A stretch of DNA of 64,000 bases from TPA_inf: Saccharomyces (lineage: Eukaryota), in NCBI GenBank assembly GCA_000146045.2, contig BK006941.2, positions 544,001 through 608,000 of the forward strand, given 5' to 3'. The translations under genes and the position numbers were made by a program. A model generated the notes under the pieces. That model saw only the letters and a list, made by a program, of their open reading frames with translations. It did not search any database and was not told the DNA's origin. Of the stretch, positions 25,095 to 37,436 are shown one piece after another; the first letter of the stretch is position 1, and each line of letters begins with the position of its first letter.

Positions 25095-28000
25095 CTAATG
25101 AATCCATTTGTTAGTTAATAGTTTAAATGTTTTTATCGGAAGAGGTTTTGTCATCACATCAGCAATGTTCTTCTTGGTCTCGATGTAGTATACGTATAAA
25201 TTATTACCTGATACTTCATCTCTAAGTCTCATTGCCTTTGTGCCAAAAAATCTGTTTCTAAATTTCTCTTCATTTGTAGACTTAATTATACTGATCGTTG
25301 ATCTACTATCAGTAAGTAAGCCTTTAATAATTGGTTTCTTGTTAAGTTCTTGCACAAGGTGACTGAGGTTATTCAATAGCGGAATAGCTTCACTGACTGC
25401 GTGTATTTCTGCTTCTGTAGTTGAAGTGCATGTTAACGAAGCCTTTGTCGACTTTCCTCCAATCACTTTTCCGTTGAGTAGGAAAATGTTACCAATTTGT
25501 GACTTGTAATATGGTTGGTTACCATATGAAGCATCGCTTATTGCGACTAGTTTATTATCTGGCTTGGTAGGTTTGTTTTTGTGCCATATTAATTGTTTAT
25601 CTCTAGTGTCCCACATGAATTGTATTAACTCATATGTCATGTCTAAAACTTGCCTAGAGGGGAATAGTATATGTTGAGCAAGTGTGTTGATGTAGTATAG
25701 TAAGTCAAATCTAAATTTATATCCAACATATGAAGCTAGACCAATCAACTTTTGCATTTCATGTACTTTCTCTTTGTATTCATCTTCATCTATTTCTAGT
25801 TCATCCTGGTCTATATAATGACCTGGTTGACCTGGAGCTCTAAGTTTCTTTCCTTTTGGGTTCAAAGGTACGTTTAGTTTGGGTAATTTTTCTGTCAAGG
25901 ATTTTTCCATACCTAATTTCATGTACTTGCTTCTTTGATATTTGATCTCTAATCCAAGTATGTCGTACTGAATTTCGTTATCACTTTCACCCAGATTTAT
26001 TATCTTTGTATCGTATTGTTTCTTGAGTGTTGTTATGATTTTCTTATTTGCATTTAAGTCTTTGCTGAATAATATCATATCATCAACGAATAAGCAAATT
26101 GTTACTTGACTATTCTTAAATACGCATGACCATCCGCGAACTTCTTGCATGTCGCAACAATTTATTAAATATGATTTAATGGTTTCATACCAGTTTGCAC
26201 CACTTTGTTTCAAACCATAGAGTGATTTTCTCAAACGTAGTAATTTATCATTCAAACCTAAATGTGGTGGAGGTCTTATGTATAATTCTTCTTTGATATC
26301 AGCATATAAGTAAGCAGAGGATATGTCCAGCTGTGTGATATAATAGTCGTTGTCTAATGCGATTGACAGTGACGTCATCAGTGCATAGTGATGTACGGTA
26401 TTGGATTGCATATCAGAATCATATGTATCGGGGTGTTGAATGTCGCCTCTTGCAACAAATCTAGCTTTGTGTGTACCATCACGTTTCTTGTTAAATATAA
26501 ACATTGAGTTTATTACTTTTTTAGGATCTATGTCATTTCTATCATAATATTTGTTTGTATCCCAAGTGTTCATTTTCAATAGTTGGCTAATTTCTTTATG
26601 ATAAGCTTCAACATATCTGTCTTTTTCTTTGTTGTCTTTATTATATGTAATTGCTTCATCATATCTTAAGGTCGTTCGAACTGGTTTGATCGATTTCACT
26701 CCTTTTATTGCTGCAATTAAATTTATGCGTTTCTTCGATCTTGGTGGTTCCAGACTTCTCATATTCTTATTATTCCATGTGTCTCGGGATACCTCAATTT
26801 CAGTTTCATTATCTTCTAATGATCTTTTCTTACTTTTGGTAGTAGTCAGAACATTAGAATCATCCATACCACCCAAACTGGAATTAGTCTGACGAGAGTG
26901 TATGTGTGGAATATCTTTTGAAACATCAGAAGTGTCCGTAGGAGATTTATGGGTTAAGTCAGGAAGTGGGAGGTCGTCAAGAATAGAATCAGCCGTAACA
27001 TTTTTTGAGGATTTGTCAGGCATTATATTAGGAGTCGCATGGTCAGAAGATCGATATTCTGGCGGATCCGTATCAATGGAGGGTGTATTATCACATACAG
27101 CCTTTGTTTCTATGGAGATGATGGGAGTAGTGGATTCACTGTTGGACGAACGGTCATCTATTGAGGGCGTACTATTTGTAGTCCTGTATTTGATATTTGT
27201 ATCACTATTTCGTTGAATATATGGTTCCTCCGTACCACCCAAACGTGTAGTTTTGATGTTTTCAAGTCCATAATTAACTCTATCCTGTGAGGTCAAATCA
27301 ATCATCTCATTGGTACTACCAGGTCGGTTTTGGTTTCGTGCAGTGAAGGTAGACGAGTGTCTAGGTGAAGTAGTATCTGATTCAACGGTACCACCCATTT
27401 CGGTACTCTCTTTATTAATGATATGGGGTGTACGAGATCGTATAGTAGATGGAAGAATATTGTATTCAGATATGTCGGCATCAACTTCTTTTGGTGCACG
27501 TACTTTTTGGACTGGTTCCTTGTCTAATTGTAAAGGGTTTATTGATTGGGACGAGAAGTCGTTCACTAGAGGATCAGAGTTTATTTCAATCTCCGATTGA
27601 TAGTCATGATCAGATTCTGTATTTTGATCATATGACTGCTCTGTTTCATTTTGTTCAATAAAAGATTGGTTATGGGCTGTTAAACGATTGAGATCATCAT
27701 CAAAAGTGAGTGTATCGTAGTCGAACTGGTCCAATTTCGTTTGCTTGTTTTGTAATATAACGTAATTGGTAGTATCTACTGTCTTTTTTAATGATGGAAG
27801 ATAGATAATATAGCCATAAGAGTTTCGTGACGGATGTAAGGCGTAACCTGGAATGCCACGAGGATGTATTTTCGAGTCGGGATTATGGTTGTTAACTATA
27901 ACCGGTTGACCGAAAGGTAGTATAGTAGTAATGTCCAGTCCAGCTAAACCTGCATGTTGTCTTGCAGATTTATCGTTTTTTTGGTGAGACTAATGAATTT

Positions 28001-29119
28001 CTGATTATAGTAGAAAATTCGACTGCTGAGAACCATAGATGATTTGGTAGACCACTGCAATGAAGCAGTGTGCGACAATCGTTTAATAAAGTACGATTTA
28101 ATCGTTCAGCGACACCGTGTGCTCTAGAATCTGCCGTGGTTGTATAGCATGCAGTAATACCTCTGTTCGTAAAGAACTTATGAAGAGTTTTGTTAGTGTA
28201 CTCGGAGCCACGATCCATCTGGATAACTAGAACGCGAGCATTGAATTGGTTCTTAATAAATGCTAATATCGATGTAAAAACATTGAGGATAGATTCTTCA
28301 CGACGGTCGTGTAATGGGTACACCCATTGGAATCTGGTTTTCTCATCTGTAAACGATATAAAGTAAGAAGGTGCACTTTTCGGTAAGTGATGTACAGGAC
28401 CAAATATATCGGTGTGCAAGTACTGAAAAGGCTCATATGATTCTTGGTACTTTAGTCGTGATCCTTTGACATGTCTATGTTTCGTGCTTTTGCCGATTAG
28501 ACAGTCAGGACATTGATATGTGCTAGCGTTAGACCATTCAATATCCGATTCCTTCAAATATGTAACTGCATTCTTCTTAAGAGACTTCTGAATACTTCGG
28601 AAGTTAGCATGTCCAAGCATTCGATGTATTAACGGATATGGATATTTATTTACGCTTTTGCTTTTGTTGACGTTGTTTATTGTTAGCTTTGAAATGTGCG
28701 AAGGAATTAGGTATTTTTTAGATAACCAGTAAAAGTCTCCATGTTTGACTATGGGAGCTAGTACTGTACCATCCGATCTTTCTAAAGTGTTTCTGGTAAA
28801 GCAGGCAGTAATATTTTGATTAGCCAGCTCACTCAAACTTAATAGATCATAGGCTATGTTTGGTGTGTGTAGTGCTTTTATTGATGTTTTGGTGCCGTTC
28901 TGAAAGTTGAAGTGAAGATTACCAATGGCATTTATAGGAATGTCTTGTTTTTGAGCATCGACTATGTTTATTTCAGAATTGGGTGTTGCATGGTGTAAAT
29001 AATGGGCTGATCTGACAAGCGTTTGCGAAGCTCCTGAATCAATAAGAAGGTGATCAGGTAGTTCGTCATTCGAGTCTATTGTGTGTGTTGGCTTAGATTC
29101 TTTCTGTTGCTGGCCTAAG
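25095..29119 (-). pseudogene. Ty2 TYB (Pol) disrupted by a +1 frameshift in an A7 run in the integrase region
   Basis: The frameshift heptamer CTTAGGC is present at 29113-29119. The pol frame runs to ...NSLVSPKKR and a stop at 27970-27972. The downstream continuation ([50 protein letters not shown]...) is in the -1 frame, starting within the A7 run at 27976-27982. Removing one A restores a single long pol ORF. Confidence 0.75.
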
Positions 29120-30409
29120 ACTAAGTTCGTCGTCATCGCTTAAGTATTGTGATGAAACGGTTGATTCATTAATGTGATCATTGTTCACCCTTGAGAATTT
29201 ACTAGATGTAGCAATATTGTGAGCTTTTGCTGCTCTTGGTTTTGAACTATTTGTTCTATGATAATTACGAGTTGTAACCTTTGTGTTAGTCGTGTTTGGA
29301 GATGTGCGAGAAACATTTTTGTATTCGCTGTGTTGTTTGTATTGGGACGGTTTATTTAGATTCATGATTTTATTTTCGTCATATATTAATTGAATTTCAG
29401 CGAATAATTGGGAAAGTTTCATGTTCGTTTTGGTACGATATTGATTACGTAGGTATTTGAAGTCACCGGATAGACCTTTAAGTATTAGTTGACAGGCCAA
29501 TCTGTCGCTAACATTGATATTGTTTTCTTTTAGCCTCTGAATGATCGTACTGACTGTAATTTCAAATGTATCAGCAGATGTACTTCCGTCGTACTCAAGG
29601 TTGGCAAGAGCTATCCAATCCTTTAATTCTTGATTGTTAGTTTGCATTTTGGACACACTTTTACAAAGGACTGTAAGGATGTCAGCATAATTAATTTCTA
29701 AAATTTGTTTTACCCATGTTGGCAATAAATGAAATGGGGCAAATGCTTGGAAGGTATTGTATATATACGCATGTTCTTCATAAGTCATTTGTCTTTTGAT
29801 TTCACCCTGGTCATTTGGAATGATGTCACCGAGATTAGAGTTCTTCAAAAATCTGATGTAAAATTTAACCCATGTAGAAAAGTTTTCTTCTGATGTTAAA
29901 GTGTGTGGTGGTAAGACGTTATTTCCCACCTTTGTCTTAGCTTGAGGTATTTCAGAGTGTTGATTTTTTAAATCGATTGGATCAGGTGAGGAAGTACTCA
30001 GTGGTGGGATATACTGTGGCAACGGATAGTGTGGGTCCGGTTGATAATACGCAGGTGACGTTTGATAATGTGAACACGTCATCATAGATGGTTGTTGGTA
30101 ATGTGCCCAGTTAGAGGCCATAGCTTTGTTTGGGGTCATCATGCCGTGCTGTTGGTACTGTCCATTCTGTGGAGGTGGTACTGAAGCAGGTTGAGGAGAG
30201 ACATGATGATGGTTCTCTGGAACAGCTGATGTCCCAGGTGTTGTCTCTTGTTGAGAATTAACCTTAGTGGAATCTCTATCAAATTCCGGTAAATTGGAAG
30301 CTGAAACGGCTAACGGATCTTGATTTTATGGGACTTCCTTAGAAGTAACCGAAGCATAGGCGCTACCATGAAGAGAATGTGGATTTTGATGTAATTGTTG
30401 GGATTCCAT
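29093..30409 (-). pseudogene. Ty2 TYA (Gag, 438 codons) inactivated by a single nonsense codon at codon 28
   Basis: The frame from the ATG at 30409 reads [27 protein letters not shown], then TAA (plus-strand tta at 30326-30328). I recall TCA at this position in intact Ty2. The same frame continues open to the normal Gag stop, so the Ty2-Gag-like 349-aa ORF at 29093..30142 in the track lies on this frame. Total 439 codons including the stop. Confidence 0.8.
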
Positions 30410-30700
30410 TTTTTATAAGGCGATAATATTAGGTATGTAGATATACTAGAAGTTCTCCTCGAGGATTTAGGAATCCATAAAAGGGAATCTGCAATTCTAC
30501 ACAATTCTATAAATATTATTATCATCATTTTATATGTTAATATTCATTGATCCTATTACATTATCAATCCTTGCGTTTCAGCTTCCACTAATTTAGATGA
30601 CTATTTTTCATCATTTGCGTCATCTTCTAACACCGTATATGATAATATACTAGTAACGTAAATACTAGTTAGTAGATGATAGTTGATTTTTATTCCAACA
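30369..30700 (-). repeat. Ty2 5' LTR, 332 bp
   Basis: Delimited by the PBS complement and the TSD. It contains the TYA ATG (minus strand 30409). Confidence 0.8.
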
Positions 30701-31397
30701 GTATTTATGTTTTGTCATTCTTTTCTACATAATCTTGAAACTAGGTAGATCTACAATTGAAAAGTAAATACTAACATTATTTACTAAATTTAAGTTAGAA
30801 ATCGGCACGAAAAAAATTTGACAGATTACGAGAGTCCAGCCAAAATATGAGTATATTACTATTTCCCCTTGGTGAAAGAAATGAAAGATGTTATTTTTTA
30901 CCGGCTTAGTAATACTGAGCTACTTACTTGGGGGAAAGAAAGATTGGCTACTTATTATGTATGAAGCCTCAGATTACCTTGAATTCCTCAACCGTTTGAG
31001 CAGTATGCTCTTCAAATTCGAACTTTTTGAACATCTTTCCTCCACATTCCTGATTTTTTCACATTCAAAACGCGCTGTGAAGCTGTTAGAAATTTACAGA
31101 TCGAGGCATATTTCTATATATAATGTATTTTTATTAAGACACCCAAAGTACTTCCAATCTGTAGATATTGCACTTTATCTGACCAGAAGCCAGACTTGAA
31201 CAGTTACATATTGTGCTTTGCAGTCGTTAAATTTCCCGAACTGTTTTCGTATTTTTTTTTCTTTTCCTCTTTTCCACTGGATCAGATCAAAAGCCGACTA
31301 AAAATTTGGCAATTTAAAGAAAGCATCTTTTAAAGATAGAAAAGGTTATTTCAACAAAAAAGTATCTTTTCTTCACTTTTCTTTCAACAATTCAAAG

Positions 31398-32504
31398 ATG
31401 GCTAGAACCATAACTTTTGATATCCCTTCCCAATATAAACTCGTAGATTTAATAGGTGAGGGAGCGTACGGAACAGTATGTTCAGCAATTCATAAGCCTT
31501 CCGGCATAAAGGTAGCTATCAAGAAAATACAACCGTTTAGCAAAAAATTGTTTGTTACAAGAACTATACGTGAGATCAAGCTTTTACGGTATTTCCATGA
31601 ACACGAAAACATAATAAGTATATTGGATAAAGTAAGGCCAGTATCCATAGACAAACTAAACGCTGTTTATTTAGTCGAAGAGTTGATGGAAACCGATTTA
31701 CAAAAAGTAATTAATAATCAGAATAGCGGGTTTTCCACTTTAAGTGATGACCATGTTCAATACTTTACATACCAAATCCTCAGAGCCTTAAAGTCTATTC
31801 ACAGTGCACAAGTTATCCATAGAGACATAAAGCCATCAAACCTGTTACTAAATTCCAATTGTGATCTCAAAGTCTGCGATTTTGGACTAGCGAGGTGTTT
31901 AGCTAGCAGTAGCGATTCAAGAGAAACATTGGTAGGATTCATGACGGAGTACGTCGCAACGCGATGGTACAGGGCACCCGAGATAATGCTAACTTTTCAA
32001 GAGTACACAACTGCGATGGATATATGGTCATGCGGATGCATTTTGGCTGAAATGGTCTCCGGGAAGCCTTTGTTCCCAGGCAGAGACTATCATCATCAAT
32101 TATGGCTAATTCTAGAAGTCTTGGGAACTCCATCTTTCGAAGACTTTAATCAGATCAAATCCAAGAGGGCTAAAGAGTATATAGCAAACTTACCTATGAG
32201 GCCACCCTTGCCATGGGAGACCGTCTGGTCAAAGACCGATCTGAATCCAGATATGATAGATTTACTAGACAAAATGCTTCAATTCAATCCTGACAAAAGA
32301 ATAAGCGCAGCAGAAGCTTTAAGACACCCTTACCTGGCAATGTACCATGACCCAAGTGATGAGCCGGAATATCCTCCACTTAATTTGGATGATGAATTTT
32401 GGAAACTGGATAACAAGATAATGCGTCCGGAAGAGGAGGAAGAAGTGCCCATAGAAATGCTCAAAGACATGCTTTACGATGAACTAATGAAGACCATGGA
32501 ATAG
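31398..32504 (+). CDS. KSS1: Mitogen-activated protein kinase of the filamentous-growth/pheromone pathway (368 aa)
   Basis: MARTITFDIPSQYKLVDLIGEGAYGTVCSAIHKPSGIKVAIKKI... with HRDIKPSNLL, DFGLAR and the TEY activation loop (FMTEYVATRWYRAPE). Its length of 368 aa matches Kss1. Confidence 0.9.
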   Translation: MARTITFDIPSQYKLVDLIGEGAYGTVCSAIHKPSGIKVAIKKIQPFSKKLFVTRTIREIKLLRYFHEHENIISILDKVRPVSIDKLNAVYLVEELMETDLQKVINNQNSGFSTLSDDHVQYFTYQILRALKSIHSAQVIHRDIKPSNLLLNSNCDLKVCDFGLARCLASSSDSRETLVGFMTEYVATRWYRAPEIMLTFQEYTTAMDIWSCGCILAEMVSGKPLFPGRDYHHQLWLILEVLGTPSFEDFNQIKSKRAKEYIANLPMRPPLPWETVWSKTDLNPDMIDLLDKMLQFNPDKRISAAEALRHPYLAMYHDPSDEPEYPPLNLDDEFWKLDNKIMRPEEEEEVPIEMLKDMLYDELMKTME

Positions 32505-33486
32505 TATTCACAAGAACATTTCTGCCATACTTCTAAAATTTCCCTATATTCAGCTTAGCAGTGACACGTTGTGGTCTGTAGGTCAATATGTAAGTAAGAA
32601 ACTTCAACTCACATATGCACGATGCATGCCAATGGAAAAATGCAAGGAACGAAATGGCGCCACGGCAACAAGTTTTTTTTTTTCGCCAGCAGAAGTACAC
32701 GAAATGCGGCTTCATGAGCCTCTTCACTGCTTTGCCTAAACGGGAAATGCAGAGAAAAACCAGCCATCGCGTGTGCTTGGAGAGCTGACGCGACTGTAAT
32801 CAAAGAGGCGATATCAACACCTTTTATCCAGCACTATTCAACAGTGAATGGGCTCCCAAGTAAGTCTTGGCATTGTGCTTTCTATTCTTAAGTATTAAGT
32901 AGAAGTTTTGTTTACTGGGTTTGTTTATTCCTGGCTAGATGTTCGCATTCGTTTTCTAGTTGACCATATTTACCAAATATTCACAACTAATACCCAGCCA
33001 AGGTAGTCTAAAAGCTAATTTCTCTAAAAGGGAGAAAGTTGGTGATTTTTTATCTCGCATTATTATATATGCAAGAATAGTTAAGGTATAGTTATAAAGT
33101 TTTATCTTAATTGCCACATACGTACATTGACACGTAGAAGGACTCCATTATTTTTTTCATTCTAGCATACTATTATTCCTTGTAACGTCCCAGAGTATTC
33201 CATTTAATTGTCCTCCATTTCTTAACGGTGACGAAGGATCACCATACAACAACTACTAAAGATTATAGTACACTCTCACCTTGCAACTATTTATCTGACA
33301 TTTGCCTTACTTTTATCTCCAGCTTCCCCTCGATTTTATTTTTCAATTTGATTTCTAAAGCTTTTTGCTTAGGCATACCAAACCATCCACTCATTTAACA
33401 CCTTATTTTTTTTTTCGAAGACAGCATCCAACTTTATACGTTCACTACCTTTTTTTTTACAACAATTTCATTCTTCATCCTATGAA

Positions 33487-35130
33487 ATGACGAAAATAAC
33501 CAGAGATGTTTCGATAACGACAGAAAATTCAAAATCCACATCTGGATCGGCAACGGCTTCATCCGCATCTTTACCTGAGAACGACCACCCAATATTCCAT
33601 CAACCGCGAGCAAGAATAAGATCTGGTTCGCTGTTCATCGAAGGATCTGATTCATTTCCATCATCAGAAGTGAAGTCATACAATGTTTATATTGATGATA
33701 GCAAGTATAGTGAAATCCTCAAAGGAGATACAAATTCAAGTAGTACTGATGGTAAACAAGTCTTTGAAGATGCTAGAGATGACAATTTCCATCAGGAATC
33801 ACATAGAGATCTAGAGGATTCAATTTTAGATTTAGTACGACGAGATCCAGAAGTAGCAGCATTCCCTTTACCTCCGCCAAATTCAAATGAGAGGAACAGA
33901 AATTCCTCAAACGGGTCTTCCGCTGAAACTAACCTAAATGGACACAGCAGCAGCGGTACCATCTCTACTTCGGTGCTGTTGAATATGGGTTCGGCAGAAA
34001 AGCACGCTGGGACGACCAGAGGAGATCATATGGAATCATCTTCAATGAAATCCTTCGAGAAACTGGGAACCAGACCTTCTTCTTTATTCTATCCACCACC
34101 CGAAGGAACTGCGCCGTACCAGGGACCAAGGGCTACCGTCTCCGGAAATAAGTCTACAAGGCAAACACAAGGTACATACTCATTTCCTTCTATGCGGTAT
34201 GGTGTAGATCTTGTTTCTCCTGTGGAAGGGGCTGTTGATGTAGCAAAAAGCAGAGTTCCTAACAGCACGCTAAATGGTACTTTTCCCGATAAAGCGTTTA
34301 TCCCACATGAATTTCAAATTCCTAAAAAGGCCTGGAACAGAATACCAGCGAATAAGTCCACTAGCCTCAAAACCCCAAGAAACCATTCCCTATTAATTGA
34401 CATATTAAAGCCTTTTGAAGCAGCTGACCTTGCTAATGACCAGCGAAGTTCTTCCGCTGTTTTAAAAAATACAGTGCATTCTAATGGGCAGTATAATCCA
34501 ACTAATGAAACCTCTGGAACTCGAATGCAAGATCAAAGGCAGAAGAATACCAACGAAATTGATTTAGAGAAAATTCCTAATCCTCAAGTCCCTCTTGGTA
34601 TCGCAATGGACACCATGCGTAGTCCAAACCAACTACACGAAAAGGAATACGAAAGTAATATAGAAGCTGGTTTAGCTTCTGGGGTCGGAAAAGGTGACAA
34701 TAGTATTAAGCAACATCAATATAAAAAAATTCCTCAAGAAATTGATCGAGATCAGCAATTAAGTTTTCAAATGGAAACAATGCCCATTCAAAGAATAGAT
34801 TCCTCCTCCATACGTTCATTTGATTCCCGAATATATGGCTTCTCCGAGATTTATAGTATTCCAAGGGTTATAACTACACTGTGCATCTGCCTTTTTGTTC
34901 CGCCCTTATTCTTTTTCTTTTCAATCAATGGAAATAATGGCGTTTCAAATTATAGATTAATGAGAATGATAATGAATTATGAACATAGAATCGGCCTCCT
35001 CAAAGGGTTTGAATGGGACATTGACGTACAATGGTTCAGGACATTGTGCTTTGTATTAGGATGTATAGAGATGTTAGCTATCTTTGCTAGCATAGGAATA
35101 GGATTTGGTGTGGGAATAATAAGAGAGTAA
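33487..35130 (+). CDS. BUD9: Bipolar bud-site selection protein, Bud8/Bud9 family (547 aa)
   Basis: Complete 547-aa ORF with a long Ser/Thr/Asn-rich (heavily glycosylated-type) extracellular region and two C-terminal transmembrane segments. Size and position match YGR041W. Confidence 0.65.
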
Positions 35131-35475
35131 CTCCATGCTGGACTTACTCGTCGAAGATTTCCTGCTACTCTCTATATAATTAGACACCCATGTTATAGAT
35201 TTCAGAAAACAATGTAATAATATATGGTAGCCTCCTGAAACTACCAAGGGAAAAATCTCAACACCAAGAGCTCATATTCGTTGGAATAGCGATAATATCT
35301 CTTTACCTCAATCTTATATGCATGTTATTTGCTCTTATAATTGGTCTCTATTTAGGGAAAAAAGTCGGTTTGAGAGCTTCTCGCGATGTGAAATCTCAAT
35401 TTGAACTGCACGCCAAAGCTAGCCCATTTCACGAACACCAGAAAGAAGAAATCCCCAAGGATCGCATGACAGAGT

Positions 35476-36291
35476 ATGCTCTCTCATATCGTTGAGTATG
35501 AATGCCAATACACTGATCAGCTTTACAAGAAACGTAAAATCTGGCACGATGGTAGACTGAAATACTTTCAGTTAAACAACAGATTCATGCTTTATACGGA
35601 AAAGGATAACGTTTTGTTAGCTAGTGAATTTAAAATAAATTCAAAAGAGCTGAAAGCAATTCTAAATCCAGAAGGTTTTGATATTGAAGAACATAGGATT
35701 TTTAGTCAGTTTTTGGTGATTATTTCAAATATTATTGAGGAGTACGATAGAGATATTCAAGTGGCAGCAACGCATGTTAGGGCATATCCTTCAAATTTGT
35801 CGGTGCAAAAACAACGCCCTCTTATCTCAGACAATGCACCAAGTTTGAATCATATCTCAACTGCGAGAGAAGTTCATTCGAACATAAAAGTCACAACTCC
35901 CAATCGCAAGCAGACAGAGGACAATGCCACCAAGGGAGGATTCAACATCAGCAAACTTACTCTGAAGGTCAATAAGCCTTTCAAGAAGCCCAAGAGGATA
36001 TTAAGTACTAATGTGGTAAATGAATCAAATAGACCGAGCATAAGGAGCCAAAAGATTCAGGAAGTGACACCACAACTACACGAAACAAACACAAGCACTA
36101 AAGTGCAGACAGCCGGAAAAGTTGCGTTGAATAATGATAATATTGCGCAAGGTAATTACGCCACGATTACCGAAGAAGCTAAAGTCAGAGACGGTTCCGA
36201 CAGAAAGAAAGATATGGCGAACCTATCCAAAAGTGGTAAAAGGAGAGTGGGCGGGATACGAAGAATTGTTCACGAACCCCTCGGAATTTGA
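35476..36291 (+). CDS. MTE1: 271-aa nuclear protein, YGR042W-like (Mph1-associated telomere maintenance protein)
   Basis: Complete 271-aa ORF in the position of YGR042W. The symbol is given from memory of the locus only. The sequence has no diagnostic catalytic motif. Confidence 0.5.
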   Translation: MLSHIVEYECQYTDQLYKKRKIWHDGRLKYFQLNNRFMLYTEKDNVLLASEFKINSKELKAILNPEGFDIEEHRIFSQFLVIISNIIEEYDRDIQVAATHVRAYPSNLSVQKQRPLISDNAPSLNHISTAREVHSNIKVTTPNRKQTEDNATKGGFNISKLTLKVNKPFKKPKRILSTNVVNESNRPSIRSQKIQEVTPQLHETNTSTKVQTAGKVALNNDNIAQGNYATITEEAKVRDGSDRKKDMANLSKSGKRRVGGIRRIVHEPLGI

Positions 36292-36434
36292 TTATACGTC
36301 AGAATTTTAATGAATATATAAGTCTGTACACTATGCTATGCACATATACTCAAACAAATTCAATACTAAGTACCGAAAAGGAAAGTGGTATATATATATT
36401 TATATATATAAGTAGGTACCTCTACTCTTAATGA

Positions 36435-37436
36435 TCACATTTTTTCTTCAACCAGTTTGTACAGTGCTTCAATGTCTGCGGAGAATTTTCTGATACCATC
36501 TGATAGTTTTTCTGTAGCCATTTGATCTTCGTTTAAAACATATCTGAAATGAGGCTCGTCGTTGATAAAAGAGACTTTTTCGACGCCTTCTTCCTTAGCA
36601 CTCTCAGAATTCAATTTGTTTTCAATAGGATCTGTTGATTCATATAACTGTTCTAGAAGGTTCAGTGGGAGAGTCATATTATCAATACCGGCTAACGCCT
36701 TCAATTCATCTAAATTCCTGAAAGAAGCCGCCATTACCTCAGTTGCATAACCATGCCTCTTATAGTAACTGTATATCTTCTTAACAGAAAGAACACCGGG
36801 ATCAGTTTCTGCAGTATAGTCTTTGCCTGAAAGGGCCTTGTAAAAGTCCATAATCCTTCCAACAAATGGGGAGATCAATGTGACATTTGCCTCCGCACAG
36901 GCTACTGCTTGCGTAAAGGAAAACAGTAATGTCATATTACAATGAATACCATGCTTTACTTCCAATTCTCTAGCAGCTTGGATACCCTCCCACGTAGAAG
37001 CTATCTTGATCAAGACTCTTTCTTTAGGTACTCCCGCATCTTTATATAGTTTGATGATGTGGAGAGCCTTCTTCACCGTCGCCTTCTTATCAAAAGATAA
37101 CCTTGCGTCTACTTCAGTGGAAACCCTTCCTGGGACTACCTTCAAAATCTGGGTGCCGAATTCCACCAAAATCTTATCCATGGCGTTCTCGATTTTCTCA
37201 TGATCAGTTTTGCCATGCTTTCTACCATATTCAACGGCAGCGTCGATAAACCTCGCATATTTCTCCAACTTTGAAGCAGCCAATATCAGAGAAGGGTTAG
37301 TTGTTGAATCCTGTGGTTCATACTTCGAAATAGCCTCAAAATCACCCGAATCAGCAACCACATGGGTCCCGGCCTTTTTTAATTGTTCTAAAGATGAGGT
37401 AGCAACTTTTTGTTTTTTCTCTGAAGGTTCTGACAT
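36435..37436 (-). CDS. NQM1: Transaldolase paralog (333 aa)
   Basis: Transaldolase family signatures: the N-terminal DSGDFEAI(SK), the active-site Lys region IKIASTWEGIQAA, and VTLISPFVGRI. Its 333-aa length and position match YGR043C rather than TAL1. Confidence 0.8.
   Translation of the reverse strand: MSEPSEKKQKVATSSLEQLKKAGTHVVADSGDFEAISKYEPQDSTTNPSLILAASKLEKYARFIDAAVEYGRKHGKTDHEKIENAMDKILVEFGTQILKVVPGRVSTEVDARLSFDKKATVKKALHIIKLYKDAGVPKERVLIKIASTWEGIQAARELEVKHGIHCNMTLLFSFTQAVACAEANVTLISPFVGRIMDFYKALSGKDYTAETDPGVLSVKKIYSYYKRHGYATEVMAASFRNLDELKALAGIDNMTLPLNLLEQLYESTDPIENKLNSESAKEEGVEKVSFINDEPHFRYVLNEDQMATEKLSDGIRKFSADIEALYKLVEEKM

Larger units (their letters stand above)
24741..30700 (-). 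mobile_element. Full-length but defective Ty2 LTR retrotransposon (5960 bp), 5-bp target-site duplication GTATT
   Basis: 332-bp LTRs at 24741..25072 and 30369..30700, reading TGTTGGAATAAAAATC...TCTTCA in element orientation. The PBS complement GGCGCTACCA is at 30359-30368. Direct repeats GTATT lie at 24736-24740 and 30701-30705. Gag is the Ty2 type ([21 protein letters not shown]...). Both ORFs are interrupted, as described in the findings. Confidence 0.85.

Noticed and set aside
30888-31199. 103-aa plus-strand ORF between Ty2 and KSS1 (YGR039W-type)
   Set aside because: It is hydrophobic and low-complexity, lies in the KSS1 promoter region immediately beside the Ty2 LTR, and has no motif support. 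I treat it as dubious.
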